A stretch of 64,000 nucleotides of DNA from an uncultured bacterium (GCA_966243015.1 CBIMES010000001.1:50598-114597), one strand, 5' to 3'. Counted from the stretch's first letter, positions 1-10,005 are shown. Program-made: numbers and translations. The notes: generated by a model not told the origin, from the letters alone.

Positions 1-2788
1 CAGAAACGAGGACGAATTCGCCGCCGTGGAGGAGTTGCTTGAGCCTCTCTTTAACCGCGTCAGTAAGAAGGACCTCGTCTCGTATTCGGCCATCGTCGAC
101 GGCCTCAACAAGCTGGCAAAGGGGGTGGGCGCGAAGGACGCCCTGTCCGCGCGCGTTGCGCGCTCGCTTGGCTCGGCGCTTCGCGAGGCTGAGGCGCTCG
201 ACAGCACGACCCCTCTGTCAGACTGGAAGAAGACGTGGATCAAGAAAGACGACGACGGCAACAACGTCTGGCGCGACAGGGCGTACGCCGAGAAGCTCCG
301 CGGCGTCGCCGAGGTATTCGAGCTGTACGAGAAGAGCCTCTACGAGGACGGTTACTTCGACTTCGGTGACATGATAATGGGCTTTACGGACAAGCTGCGA
401 ACGCACGCCTCGCTTCGCGCCGAGCTCGAGGAGACGTTCCAGTACGTGCTCGTCGACGAGTTCCAGGACACCAACGGCGCGCAGATGCGACTCGTTGAGC
501 TCCTTACCTCGTCGCCGGTGCACGAGGGCAGGCCTAATGTCATGGCAGTGGGTGATGACGACCAAGCCGTATACAAGTTCCAGGGCGCCGAGCTCGACAA
601 CATCCTCGCCTTCAAGGACCTCTACAAGGAGCCGAAGATCATCGTTCTCGAGGATAATTACCGATCGACGAGACATATTCTCGACGTGGCGGAGCACGTG
701 GTAAGGTTCAACGCTGATCGCCTGACCAACGTCATGCCGTCAATCACGAAAAAGCTCGCGGCGGCGAACAAGGAGCTTCCCGCGGGTTCGATACGCAAGG
801 CGGTTCTGCCGACCGTGCTGCATCAGATGAAGTTTGTGGCAGACGAGGCAAAAAGGCTCATCGACGGGGGAGTCTCGCCCGACGACATTGCCGTCATCTC
901 CCGAGAGCATAGCGAGCTCAAGATGATTGTGCCTTTCCTGCACGAGAGGGGCATTCCGGTCTCGTACGAGCGCCAGAGGAATGTCCTTCACGAGGGTCAC
1001 GTGCGCGAACTCGTCACTATCGCTCGGTATATTCACGCCAGGGCGGGGGAGGACGCCTTCGCGCTCGACTCGCTCCTGCCCGAGATACTCAGGTACCCGT
1101 TCTGGGGCGTGTCCGAGAAGGACATATGGCAGCTTGCCCGCCTCGCCCGAGACGAGAGGGTCTCATGGACCGAGGCCTTGGGCATGAGCGGGGGCCGGCT
1201 CAAGGAAATTGGTGATTTCCTCGGCTCGCTCGCCTCGCGTTCCCACAGCGAGACGGCCGAGTTCATCCTCGACAATCTCGTGGGAACCCTGTCCGTGTCC
1301 GTCGACGGTGACGAGGAGGGGTCCCCGGCGCGTCTCGAGTTTAAGAGCCCCTTCCGCTCTTTCTACTGGAGCGAGGACAGGCTTCGTGAGCACAAGGCCG
1401 AGTATCTTGCCTTCCTCTCGAGCCTGCGCGCCTTCGTCGCGGCCCTTCGCGAGTACAAGTCGGGTGCTCCGCTCGCCCTGGCTGACCTCATTGAGTTTGT
1501 CGACCTGCGCGAGAAGAACAACGTACCGCTGCTCGACAACTCGCCGTTCGCCCAGTCGGTTAAGTCCGTCGCCCTTCTTACGGCGCACAAGGCGAAGGGC
1601 CAGGAGTTCGGCACCGTTTTCATATTGTCCTGCCAGGACGACGTCTGGGCCGGGTCATCGTCTCGCAACAAGCTGCCGTTCCCGATAAACCTGCCAATCA
1701 CGCCGTCCGCCGACGCGCTCGGCGACTTCGTGCGCCTGTTCTTCGTGGCGGTTACCCGCGCGCGTCACACGCTCTATCTTGCGGGGTACGAGATGGAGGA
1801 GTCAGGCAAGCAGTCTCTGCCGCTCCGCTTTCTCTCGTCGGGCGACGCGTCCTCCGAAGTGTTCGGGAGAATCGAGGACGTCACCCCTCCGGACCCCGGC
1901 CATGTCGAGACCCTCGAGCTCGCGGGCAGACGAGAGTCGCTCGTGCCGAAGGTCAAGGACGAGAAGGCTCTCTTTCAGCAGATTCTCGCCGACTACCGTA
2001 TGTCGGTCACCCATCTGTCGAACTTCCTCGACCTGGGAAGGGGAGGCCCCCGCTATTTCTTCGAGCAGAACCTTCTCTATTTCCCTCAGGCAAAGACGCC
2101 GTCCGGCTCTTTCGGAACGGCTGTCCACGAGACGCTCAAGAAGGTTCAGCTTCACGTCAGGGCGAACGATGCGCTTCCGTCAGACGAGGAGGTTGAGCAG
2201 TGGTTCGCGCTCCTTCTCCGGTCAGAAAGGCTCTCTCCGGCGGACGAGAAGCATTACTTCGCCAAGGGTCTCGACGTGCTCGCGGCGTACCTCAAAGAGC
2301 GAGGCGCGGGTATGCGCGCCTCGGACGAGGTCGAGGTCAATTTCAAGCACGAGGGCGTGTGCCTGGGCGACGCCCGCATCGAGGGAAAGATTGACCGCAT
2401 CTCGTTTGACGGGAACGACATCGTCGTCACTGACTACAAGACCGGCTCCGCCGTGTCTGACTGGGACTCAAGGGACGCCTACAAGCGGGCAAAGGTTGCC
2501 CGCTACAGGCGACAGCTCCTCTTCTACAAGCTCCTTGTCGAAGGGTCAGAGCGCTTTAGGGGCAGAAAGGCCTCGCGCGGCGTCATTGAGTTCGTCGAGC
2601 CCGAGGACGGTCGCATTGTCACGCTTTCCATGGAATTCCCTCAGGAAGAAGTCGATCGACTCTCGCTCCTCATTCAGGCCGTGTTCAAGAAGATTGTCGC
2701 GCTCGACCTCCCGGACGTTTCCGCGTACGGCCATGACGAAAAAGAGATCGCCCGTTTCGAGGACGATCTCATTTCCGGAGCAATCTAG
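1..2788 (+). CDS. UvrD/PcrA-family SF1 helicase fused to C-terminal PD-(D/E)XK nuclease (5'-truncated by window)
   Basis: Motifs VLVDEFQDTN, VGDDDQAVYKFQGA, LEDNYRS, LTAHKAKGQEF, FVAVTRAR; C-terminal GKIDRI..VTDYKTG..QLLFY; frame is open from the window start. Confidence 0.92.
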   Translation, partial: RNEDEFAAVEELLEPLFNRVSKKDLVSYSAIVDGLNKLAKGVGAKDALSARVARSLGSALREAEALDSTTPLSDWKKTWIKKDDDGNNVWRDRAYAEKLRGVAEVFELYEKSLYEDGYFDFGDMIMGFTDKLRTHASLRAELEETFQYVLVDEFQDTNGAQMRLVELLTSSPVHEGRPNVMAVGDDDQAVYKFQGAELDNILAFKDLYKEPKIIVLEDNYRSTRHILDVAEHVVRFNADRLTNVMPSITKKLAAANKELPAGSIRKAVLPTVLHQMKFVADEAKRLIDGGVSPDDIAVISREHSELKMIVPFLHERGIPVSYERQRNVLHEGHVRELVTIARYIHARAGEDAFALDSLLPEILRYPFWGVSEKDIWQLARLARDERVSWTEALGMSGGRLKEIGDFLGSLASRSHSETAEFILDNLVGTLSVSVDGDEEGSPARLEFKSPFRSFYWSEDRLREHKAEYLAFLSSLRAFVAALREYKSGAPLALADLIEFVDLREKNNVPLLDNSPFAQSVKSVALLTAHKAKGQEFGTVFILSCQDDVWAGSSSRNKLPFPINLPITPSADALGDFVRLFFVAVTRARHTLYLAGYEMEESGKQSLPLRFLSSGDASSEVFGRIEDVTPPDPGHVETLELAGRRESLVPKVKDEKALFQQILADYRMSVTHLSNFLDLGRGGPRYFFEQNLLYFPQAKTPSGSFGTAVHETLKKVQLHVRANDALPSDEEVEQWFALLLRSERLSPADEKHYFAKGLDVLAAYLKERGAGMRASDEVEVNFKHEGVCLGDARIEGKIDRISFDGNDIVVTDYKTGSAVSDWDSRDAYKRAKVARYRRQLLFYKLLVEGSERFRGRKASRGVIEFVEPEDGRIVTLSMEFPQEEVDRLSLLIQAVFKKIVALDLPDVSAYGHDEKEIARFEDDLISGAI

Positions 2789-2803
2789 GCCTCTGCCTGG
2801 ACG

Positions 2804-3610
2804 CTATTTCTTGCCACCGAGGATGATGTCGATGGTGCCCTTGATGTAGTCGATAGGGAGGGCGCCCGAGATGGCGACGATCGTTCGCTCCTTGTTGATG
2901 GAGACGGGGAGGCTTCCATCGGGAAGCTTGAGCGATGCGTAGAGGAGAGTCACGTCGTCAGCCGTCTTCTGCGAGAGAGGCTTTGCGAGGACGAGGAAGC
3001 TCGAAGGGGTTCCGTTCGCGCCGGCGTTCTGCGCGTCCGAGACACTCTGGGCGATCTCGGCGACGTGCTTGTCGCTGTTGAGGCAGGCGTTGAAGGCGGT
3101 CATATCAAGACCGAGGCCTCGGGCGATCTCGGGAAGCTTCGCTGGGTCGAGCCCGTCATTTGCGGGGGTAATCGCGAAGATCTGGTCGATATATGGCCAG
3201 AACTTGCCCTGGTCGGCGGCACATTCGGTTGCCTGCGCCTCCTTCGGAGCCTTCGAGTGAAGCTGGACTATAGGGAAGTGTCGGTACACCCACGATACCT
3301 TTCCGCTCGTGCCGTAGTCCTTCACGACGGTCTGGAGAGTGTTGTGAAAGTTCCTGCAGAACGGGCACTCGGTGTCAGAGTACTCGACGATGACGATGTC
3401 GGCGTTCGCGCTGCCGAGAATGTTGTCGCTCTCGGTGACGGGCGGGATGGTAATGTCCCTCTGGGCTCGGGCGAGCGCGTTTGCGTTGCCAGATGTCGAG
3501 GTACCCGACTTGCCGCTCATGTACACTGCTCCTCCGATGAGAAGTCCCGCGATGACGATGGCGATCGGAACCGCGAGTGACTGCTGCTTGGTTGATGGGG
3601 TGTCTTGCAT
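2804..3610 (-). CDS. DsbA-family thioredoxin-fold protein, N-terminal membrane anchor
   Basis: EYSDTECPFC active site, YRHFP, cis-Pro GTP motif. Confidence 0.9.
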   Translation of the reverse strand: MQDTPSTKQQSLAVPIAIVIAGLLIGGAVYMSGKSGTSTSGNANALARAQRDITIPPVTESDNILGSANADIVIVEYSDTECPFCRNFHNTLQTVVKDYGTSGKVSWVYRHFPIVQLHSKAPKEAQATECAADQGKFWPYIDQIFAITPANDGLDPAKLPEIARGLGLDMTAFNACLNSDKHVAEIAQSVSDAQNAGANGTPSSFLVLAKPLSQKTADDVTLLYASLKLPDGSLPVSINKERTIVAISGALPIDYIKGTIDIILGGKK

Positions 3611-3666
3611 TGATGTGTCTAAATCTTTGTATAATGTACAGGTAAGTATATCATCTTTCCCTCGCC

Positions 3667-4146
3667 ATGAAATCGATCAAACAAATGGAGATGCTGGGCT
3701 CGGTCGCGCCTGATTTCACCCTTCCCGACGAGGACGGGCAGATGCGCTCGCTTTCGGACTATCGCGGCCAGAACGTAATCCTGTACTTCTACCCCAAGGA
3801 TTTTACGTCAGGCTGCAGTCTCGAGGCCCAGGAGTTCCGCGACCACGAGTACGAGATAGGCGATCTTAATGCCGTGGTTCTGGGCGTGAGCCCCGACGAC
3901 AGCGACTCGCACAAGGAGTTCTGCCAACAGCAGGGCCTCAACTTCACCTTGCTCGCCGACACGGAGGGCGAGGCTGCCCAGTTGTATGACGTGTGGCGTG
4001 AGAAGTCGGTGTTCGGCGTAAAGCACGCCGGCGTCGAGCGAACGACGTTCCTCATAGACGAGAAGGGCATCGTGCGAAAACTATACGCAAACGTGAAGCC
4101 CGCGGGCCACGCCGTCGCGGTTATCGAGGATCTACGAAAGCTCTAG
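3667..4146 (+). CDS. bcp: Peroxiredoxin (BCP/PrxQ)
   Basis: APDFTL, LYFYPKDFTSGC, ERTTFLID. Confidence 0.92.
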   Translation: MKSIKQMEMLGSVAPDFTLPDEDGQMRSLSDYRGQNVILYFYPKDFTSGCSLEAQEFRDHEYEIGDLNAVVLGVSPDDSDSHKEFCQQQGLNFTLLADTEGEAAQLYDVWREKSVFGVKHAGVERTTFLIDEKGIVRKLYANVKPAGHAVAVIEDLRKL

Positions 4147-4398
4147 GGCATCTTCGGTTCGGGCAACCCTCTTTTCGAGTTTCGCGTGCTCTGCGCGCGA
4201 AACCTTGTTGAGGGCATGGTCGTCAATACGGTTCGAGAGAGCCGTGAATTGATAGTCCATCTTTGCCTCGAGCCTCTCTTCGAGCTTATCGATGCGCACA
4301 TCAAGTCGTGATATCTCCATGCGAAAGTCGCCCCGAAGCTCCTGAAAGCCTTTCTGGACCATGATGGCGAGCATGTCGATGGTAATGCGCGGACTCAT
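4132..4398 (-). CDS. Small coiled-coil protein (88 aa), paralog of 11249-11521
   Basis: MSPRITIDMLAIMVQKGF... heptad pattern; TACTAT -10 six nt upstream of ATG; clear paralog in the window. Confidence 0.8.
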   Translation of the reverse strand: MSPRITIDMLAIMVQKGFQELRGDFRMEISRLDVRIDKLEERLEAKMDYQFTALSNRIDDHALNKVSRAEHAKLEKRVARTEDALELS

Positions 4399-4404
4399 GC
4401 CCAG

Positions 4405-4437
4405 ATAGTAACATCGACCCGCTGAGGGTCGATGTTC
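4405..4437 (-). promoter_or_regulatory. Promoter (TCGACC-16-TACTAT) overlapped by palindrome AACATCGACCC-N5-GGGTCGATGTT
   Basis: 11-bp perfect arms; near-identical copy at ~11528-11560. Confidence 0.65.
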
Positions 4438-4490
4438 ACATTTTGATGTGCTTTTTATTTTGTCCGGCCAAAGGCCTTGTTTGGGCTTCC

Positions 4491-5066
4491 CTAGAATCCG
4501 AGCGAGAACGTCATGGCGCTCTCGGCCTTCTTCTCCCAGTCCTTTGTGTCGAGCTTCATCTCCTTGACTGCGAGGCCGTCCTTCCACTTGAGGCTTCCGT
4601 TCTTGAGGGCGTAATCGTAGATCTCCTTGGTGACCTTCACGTCGTCGGTGCAGTACTTGATGAGCTTGTCGAACTCTTTGTTCTTCCACCAGGTGATCGC
4701 CTCGAGTCCGTGACCTGACTTGCCGTATCCGAGGGTCGCCTCGGCGAGGGTGTCGAGCTTGATGCGGAAGCCGATGGCTTTCTTTACCTCCTTGAGGAGG
4801 TCGAGGCTCTTGATCTTCGTGAGATCGCCCGGATAGTACTTGTCGAGGAGAGGAATGTCGAAGTGGTCGCCGTTGAAGGTGATGAGCATGTCGGCGTTCT
4901 CGAGGATCGGCCAGAGCTTGCCGAAGTCCTCCTGGAAGAAGTGCTTGTACGAGTCGGTCTCGTACTCGTAGGTGCAGACCACGGAGATGTCGAGGTCCTT
5001 TGGGTCGTTTGATCCTACGTCCTGGAAGAGGTTTCGGGTTTCGATGTCGAAGATGACTTTGCGCAT
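4491..5066 (-). CDS. RNase H-like (YprB/DEDD) exonuclease-domain protein
   Basis: VIFDIET, ITFNGDHFDIP, YCTDDV. Confidence 0.85.
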   Translation of the reverse strand: MRKVIFDIETRNLFQDVGSNDPKDLDISVVCTYEYETDSYKHFFQEDFGKLWPILENADMLITFNGDHFDIPLLDKYYPGDLTKIKSLDLLKEVKKAIGFRIKLDTLAEATLGYGKSGHGLEAITWWKNKEFDKLIKYCTDDVKVTKEIYDYALKNGSLKWKDGLAVKEMKLDTKDWEKKAESAMTFSLGF

Positions 5067-5127
5067 GGATTCTTTGGGCTTCTGTCTTACGGTGGTTAAT
5101 TTTATGGAAGCATTGTAGCATGAGGCC

Positions 5128-5892
5128 ATGGATACGGTACTGAATCTCTATAAAAGGAAGAGCGAGACGCCGCTCCAGACGACGGAGCGCTTTGTGCAGG
5201 CGCGGCCCGAGTACTCGGGCCAGAAGATGACCTACGCGGGAAGGCTCGACCCGATGGCTGAGGGCGTCCTTGTCGTCCTCGTGGGCGACAAGGCAAAGGA
5301 GCGAGATTCCTATACGGGTCTCGACAAGGACTACGAATTCGAGCTTGTCTTTGGCGTGGAGACTGACACGCTGGATACCCTTGGTCTTATTACGGCCTCT
5401 CGTGAGGCAAAGCCGCTTCCAACCCTCGACGAGGTGAATGCCGCCCTCAGAAAATATGTTGGCACATTTGAGCAGCAGTATCCCGCGTATTCCTCAAAGG
5501 TGGTGAACGGCGTCTCTCTCTTTGAGTACGCGCGCCGCGGCACCATAAGCACCATCACGATCCCAAAGCACGAAGTCACGGTGTCAAAGCTCGAGGCGAC
5601 AGGCGCGAGCGATGTGAGCAGGGAGGAGTTGGGCCAGAAGATCCTCTCGTCGATAGCGGCAGTTCGCGGTGACTTCAGGCAGGGTCATATAGTCGAGGCG
5701 TGGGAAGGGTATCTGACTAAATCGGCACCCGCCACTTTCAAGGTTTATCGACTCTCGGTGTCCTGCGGCAGTGGCTTCTACGTCAGGCAGCTTGTGTCTG
5801 ATCTGGGAAAGGATTTCGGGCTCGGCGCGGTCACGCTCTCTATCGTGCGAACGCGAGTGGGGTCGTATTCGCTCGCGGACTCGATCCGCTAG
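5128..5892 (+). CDS. truB: tRNA pseudouridine(55) synthase
   Basis: YAGRLDPMAEGVL, YPAYSS, CGSGFYVRQL, IVRTRVG. Confidence 0.9.
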   Translation: MDTVLNLYKRKSETPLQTTERFVQARPEYSGQKMTYAGRLDPMAEGVLVVLVGDKAKERDSYTGLDKDYEFELVFGVETDTLDTLGLITASREAKPLPTLDEVNAALRKYVGTFEQQYPAYSSKVVNGVSLFEYARRGTISTITIPKHEVTVSKLEATGASDVSREELGQKILSSIAAVRGDFRQGHIVEAWEGYLTKSAPATFKVYRLSVSCGSGFYVRQLVSDLGKDFGLGAVTLSIVRTRVGSYSLADSIR

Positions 5893-5909
5893 CCGGGATC
5901 TTCATGGGC

Positions 5910-6368
5910 CTATATGCGGCCCGTGAGACCCGCGTCCTCGATGAAGCTCTGCATGGTCGGCTGTCGGGCCGCCAGTCGCGCGCCCTCGTCGGTGAGCATG
6001 ATGATGAAAAGCGAGCCCGCGACGATGACGAGGCTCACGAGCCATTTGCCCGGCGCCTTCCACGTCGTCTTGGTCCAGACCGTGTGCATGACGAAGATAG
6101 AGTAAATAGACACGGAGAAGGGCAGGACGAGGCAGATTACGAACGCCATGCCGCTCAGCATGAAGGGTATTCCCTGGAGGGCCGTCGACCCAAACGCGAT
6201 GCGCCAGAGGAAGCGGAGGGCGAGGATAAGGCTGTCTATGTAATAGAAGGCAAAGTACCCGAAGGCGACCAGGTGAAAGGTCGTCGCCACCGACCTCATG
6301 CTTGGGGCGAAGTAGAAGTGGATGAGCTCCTGAAAGTAGGACGTTTCGGTTTTCTTGCTGTCTGCCAT
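5910..6368 (-). CDS. Hypothetical membrane protein
   Basis: 3 hydrophobic segments; TATAAT just upstream. Confidence 0.7.
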   Translation of the reverse strand: MADSKKTETSYFQELIHFYFAPSMRSVATTFHLVAFGYFAFYYIDSLILALRFLWRIAFGSTALQGIPFMLSGMAFVICLVLPFSVSIYSIFVMHTVWTKTTWKAPGKWLVSLVIVAGSLFIIMLTDEGARLAARQPTMQSFIEDAGLTGRI

Positions 6369-6417
6369 GAGAGGCTTATATTATATGGGTTTTACGGGGT
6401 TTGGTCAAACGATCTGA

Positions 6418-6445
6418 TTGACTTTTGGCCTGTTTCGTGTATACT
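6418..6445 (+). promoter_or_regulatory. Sigma70-type promoter TTGACT-16-TATACT for the RRM gene
   Basis: Near-consensus hexamers. Confidence 0.6.
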
Positions 6446-6531
6446 TAACCCATCGTTAGTTTCTCGGAGGAAAGACAAGTTTCTGCCAAAGGGAAGGACG
6501 GCGATAGTTACAAGTTTAGTTAAGAATCACA

Positions 6532-6825
6532 ATGGCAAAGAAACTTTACGTCGGTAATCTCTCGTACGGTACCACCTCTGAGACCCTCAAGGCTGGTTTC
6601 GAGGCAGCGGGTGCTGTTATCTCAGCATCTGTTCTCACCGACAAGATGACCGGCCGATCACGAGGCTTCGGCTTCGTCGAGATGGAGGACGCGGACGCTG
6701 ACAAGGCGATCGCTATGTTCGATGGTAAGAACTTCGAGGGCCGAGACATCAAGGTCAACGAGGCTCGCCCTATGGAGGAGCGACCACGACGCGACTTCAA
6801 CGGTCCAGCACGAAGGAGCTTCTAA
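6532..6825 (+). CDS. RRM-domain RNA-binding protein
   Basis: RNP2 LYVGNL, RNP1 RGFGFVEM, VNEARP. Confidence 0.95.
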   Translation: MAKKLYVGNLSYGTTSETLKAGFEAAGAVISASVLTDKMTGRSRGFGFVEMEDADADKAIAMFDGKNFEGRDIKVNEARPMEERPRRDFNGPARRSF

Positions 6826-6847
6826 ATGAACCCTTCGGTCTAACCGA

Positions 6848-6882
6848 CGAAAGGCCGCCCTTACGGGCGGCCTTTCGCTTTG
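6848..6882 (+). terminator. Intrinsic terminator hairpin
   Basis: CGAAAGGCCGCCC-TTAC-GGGCGGCCTTTCG. Confidence 0.75.
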
Positions 6883-6931
6883 CAAAAAAGCCGCGCTGGT
6901 GTAGTCTTCTGATGAAACCTTCTTTATATAC

Positions 6932-7333
6932 ATGTACACACACGAGCTCACACGGGTATTGGGTCGTCCTCGTCGCTGGGAAAAAAGCCGGAGACAGTTT
7001 CGCCAGATGAGAAAAAGCTTTGATAAACTCAAGGCCGAAATCAGCAAGGTAATCGAAAGGTTCTGCAAGGGCAACAGCGCGATATCCTGGGACTGGATCG
7101 CGGATCCCGATGGTGGCGGGCGGCTCGCCTTTGTCCTTTGGGTGAAAGCGAAGCGCGAGGCGGCCATTGGGCAGTATGACGAAAAAATCAGTAGCCTGGT
7201 CAAGTGGCTCAGGCAAAGCATGGGTAAGTTCGTTAAAGTCACGCGACGGAAAGAGCCGCAGGAACTTACCAAAAGGGGCACCTTGCTCCCCATGGATAGC
7301 TTCCGCGCATTCGACCTCGCCCTTATCGGATAG
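6932..7333 (+). CDS. Hypothetical basic protein
   Basis: 133-aa ORF filling the gap between two terminators. Confidence 0.5.
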   Translation: MYTHELTRVLGRPRRWEKSRRQFRQMRKSFDKLKAEISKVIERFCKGNSAISWDWIADPDGGGRLAFVLWVKAKREAAIGQYDEKISSLVKWLRQSMGKFVKVTRRKEPQELTKRGTLLPMDSFRAFDLALIG

Positions 7334-7346
7334 TCGTTCAAGTAAA

Positions 7347-7372
7347 AAAAGGCTCACCACGGTGAGCCTTTT
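7347..7372. repeat. AAAAGGCTCA...TGAGCCTTTT hairpin, copy 1 (bidirectional terminator/REP-like)
   Basis: Same arms at 30545-30576 and 44780-44807. Confidence 0.7.
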
Positions 7373-7385
7373 GTTATTCCTGACC

Positions 7386-7940
7386 CTACTTCATAAACAG
7401 TATCCTCGACTGGGTGAGTGCCGCCACGGTCTGTATGCTGCCCATGACAAAGAAGAGGGCAGTGAAGGAGCTGTAGGTGATGAGAAAGCCTCCGATGATG
7501 ATGGCGATGCCCGTGACGATGTTCGGGAGACCCTCCGCCAGGCCCCACACGATGCCGTCCTCGCTCTCGGTTGAATACTCGTCGAGGAGTGCGTCCCAGG
7601 TCGGCGTAGAGAGGGCTGAGGCTATACCCAGGCCCGCCTGTACGATAAAAAGCTCGAGTGGGTTCGAAACGAAGATGTATGCGAAGGTCATAAGGGCGTT
7701 GAGCCAGTAGCCCGCCACCATGATCTTGCGCTTGTCGTACTTGTCCGAGAGCTTGCCTACGAGGATGGATATAATGCCCGAGATGACGAGGAAGATAGAC
7801 CAGGCGGCCGAGATGTCGAGTATGTCGCCGCCAATGCGCTCCGAGAAGACCGCGAGCAGGGGACCGAACATACCTTCGCCGAGGTACCAGATATTGCTGC
7901 CGTTAAGGAGGTTCTGAACCTTACTGTTTATCTTTTTCAT
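7386..7940 (-). CDS. Half-size MFS transporter (about 6 TM)
   Basis: MFS motif A GKLSDKYDKRK; only 184 aa. Confidence 0.8.
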   Translation of the reverse strand: MKKINSKVQNLLNGSNIWYLGEGMFGPLLAVFSERIGGDILDISAAWSIFLVISGIISILVGKLSDKYDKRKIMVAGYWLNALMTFAYIFVSNPLELFIVQAGLGIASALSTPTWDALLDEYSTESEDGIVWGLAEGLPNIVTGIAIIIGGFLITYSSFTALFFVMGSIQTVAALTQSRILFMK

Positions 7941-7979
7941 ATATGTTGGTACCTAGTATAGCGCCGAACTCGGACGGCA

Positions 7980-8003
7980 AAAAGCCCGCATGCGCGGGCT
8001 TTT
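7980..8003 (-). terminator. Terminator of typA
   Basis: AAAAGCCCGC-ATGC-GCGGGCTTTT. Confidence 0.7.
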
Positions 8004-8018
8004 CGTTTGATATTGAAT

Positions 8019-9815
8019 TTACTTCTTCGCCTTGTCTCGGTCGCCCTTCTTGAGGAGCTGCTTCCTGAGTCGCACTGACTCTGGGGTGATCTCGAGATAG
8101 TCGGTCTCGTGCATGATTTCGAGGCCTCGCTCGATGGTGATGGTGAATGGGGGAACGAGGTCGATGGACTCGTCCTTTCCGGCCGATCGGTAGTTTGACA
8201 TGACCTTGCCTTTGCATGGGTTAACCTCGAGGTCGTCTCCCTTAGAAGTGTTTCCGATAATCATGCCTTCGTATACAGGCACGCCTGCGCCGATGTAGAG
8301 GGTTCCTCGCTCCTGGAGGTTCCAGAGGGCGAATCCTACGGCGTCGCCGTTCTCCATCGAGATCATCGATCCCACCTCGTGCTTCTCGATGACGCCGACG
8401 TGAGGTCGGAATCCGATGAAGCGGGCAGAGAGGATGCCCTCTCCCTTGGTGTCGATGACGAACTCGCCTCGGTATCCGAGAATGCCTCGGGTAGGGATCT
8501 CGAAGGTGAGGCGGGTGATGCCCTCGCGCTCCATCATGTTGGTCATGAGGCCCTTTCGCTGGGAGAGCTTGCGGATGACCTCTCCCGAGTGCTCTGAGCG
8601 CACGTCGGCGGTGATCTCCTCGAACGGCTCGGACTTAACGCCGTCGATCTCCTTGATGATTACCTGAGGCTGCGATACCTGGAGTTCGAAGCCCTCTCGT
8701 CGCATGTTCTCCATGAGGACCGAGACGTGAAGCTCTCCTCGGCCGAAGACCTTGAAGGTGTCCGGCGATCCCGGGGTGACAGGTGGGTTGAAGTCGATGC
8801 GAAGACCCACGTTGACCTCGAGTTCCTTCTCGAGGCGCTCTCGGATCTGGCGGGTGGTGACGAACTTGCCCTCGCGTCCCGCGAAAGGCGAGTTGTTGAC
8901 GAGGAAGTTGAGGGCGATGGTCGGCTCGTCGACGTTAATCGCGTGGAGAGGCTCCTGGCTCTCGTTCTCGCAGATGGTCTCTCCGATGAAGATGTCCGAA
9001 AGGCCTGCGACCATGGCGATGTCGCCCGCGCCTGCCTCGTTAACCTCCTTTCGGTCGAGTCCCTCGAAGGTGTAGAGCTTGGTGATCTTTCCGGTTCGCG
9101 ACTCGCCGGTAGGCTTCTTGACGATGACGTTCTGGCCAACCTTGATCTTGCCCTCGTAGATTCGCCCGAGTCCGAGTCGGCCGGTGTACGAGTCGTAGGC
9201 GAGGTTGAATGGCTGCATGCGGAGCGGGGCAGAGGTGTCTGACTTCGCGGCAGGCACGAGCTCGAGGATGGTGTCGAGAAGGGGGTCGAGGTTGGTTGAC
9301 TCGTCGGTGAGCTGTCGCTTTGCGATACCCTGTCGTCCGATAGAGTAAATGGTGGTGAAGTCAATCTGCTCGTCAGTCGCGCCGAGCTCGATGAAGAGCT
9401 CGAGGATCTCGTCCATGACCTCCTTTGGCCGGGCCGCTGGCTTGTCGATCTTGTTGATGAGCACGATGGGCTTCATGCCGAGCTCGAGAGACTTCTTGAG
9501 CACGAATCGGGTCTGAGGCATCGGGCCCTCCTGCGCGTCGACGAGAAGGAGAACGGTGTCGATCGATCGGAGCACGCGCTCTACCTCTGAGCCGAAGTCG
9601 GCGTGACCGGGGGTGTCCACGATGTTGATCTTGGTGCCCTTGTAGTTGATCGACGCGTTCTTTGCGTAGATGGTGATTCCGCGCTCCTGCTCGAGTGCGT
9701 TTGAGTCCATCGAGAAGCCCTCCTTGGCCACTCCCGACTGCTTCATGATTGCGTCCATGAGCGTGGTCTTGCCGTGGTCCACGTGGGCGATGATTGCGAT
9801 GTTTCGGATCTGCAT
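8019..9815 (-). CDS. typA: Translational GTPase TypA/BipA
   Basis: IAHVDHGKTT, ERGITI, DTPGHADFGSEVER, GRGELH, EITPESVRLRK. Confidence 0.97.
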   Translation of the reverse strand: MQIRNIAIIAHVDHGKTTLMDAIMKQSGVAKEGFSMDSNALEQERGITIYAKNASINYKGTKINIVDTPGHADFGSEVERVLRSIDTVLLLVDAQEGPMPQTRFVLKKSLELGMKPIVLINKIDKPAARPKEVMDEILELFIELGATDEQIDFTTIYSIGRQGIAKRQLTDESTNLDPLLDTILELVPAAKSDTSAPLRMQPFNLAYDSYTGRLGLGRIYEGKIKVGQNVIVKKPTGESRTGKITKLYTFEGLDRKEVNEAGAGDIAMVAGLSDIFIGETICENESQEPLHAINVDEPTIALNFLVNNSPFAGREGKFVTTRQIRERLEKELEVNVGLRIDFNPPVTPGSPDTFKVFGRGELHVSVLMENMRREGFELQVSQPQVIIKEIDGVKSEPFEEITADVRSEHSGEVIRKLSQRKGLMTNMMEREGITRLTFEIPTRGILGYRGEFVIDTKGEGILSARFIGFRPHVGVIEKHEVGSMISMENGDAVGFALWNLQERGTLYIGAGVPVYEGMIIGNTSKGDDLEVNPCKGKVMSNYRSAGKDESIDLVPPFTITIERGLEIMHETDYLEITPESVRLRKQLLKKGDRDKAKK

Positions 9816-10005
9816 AACGTTGATGCCGCGAGGCTCTAAAAACTTTCTGAAAAACGATTAAAAATAAAAGGAGCCCAGCGGCTCATTCATAAGTCCATTA
9901 TAGCACGATTTGAATGGGGAGTAAAGCGTTTGCGGGGTCATGAATAACAAAAAGCCCGCTCCGGTAAGGGAGGGGCTTGAATTGATCGCAAGAGTCTCGT
10001 GGGGC

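Noticed and set aside
4132-5121. 329-aa ORF
   Set aside because: Its N-terminal 240 aa are an off-frame shadow of the RNase H-like gene; the real start is 4398, supported by the paralog and promoter.
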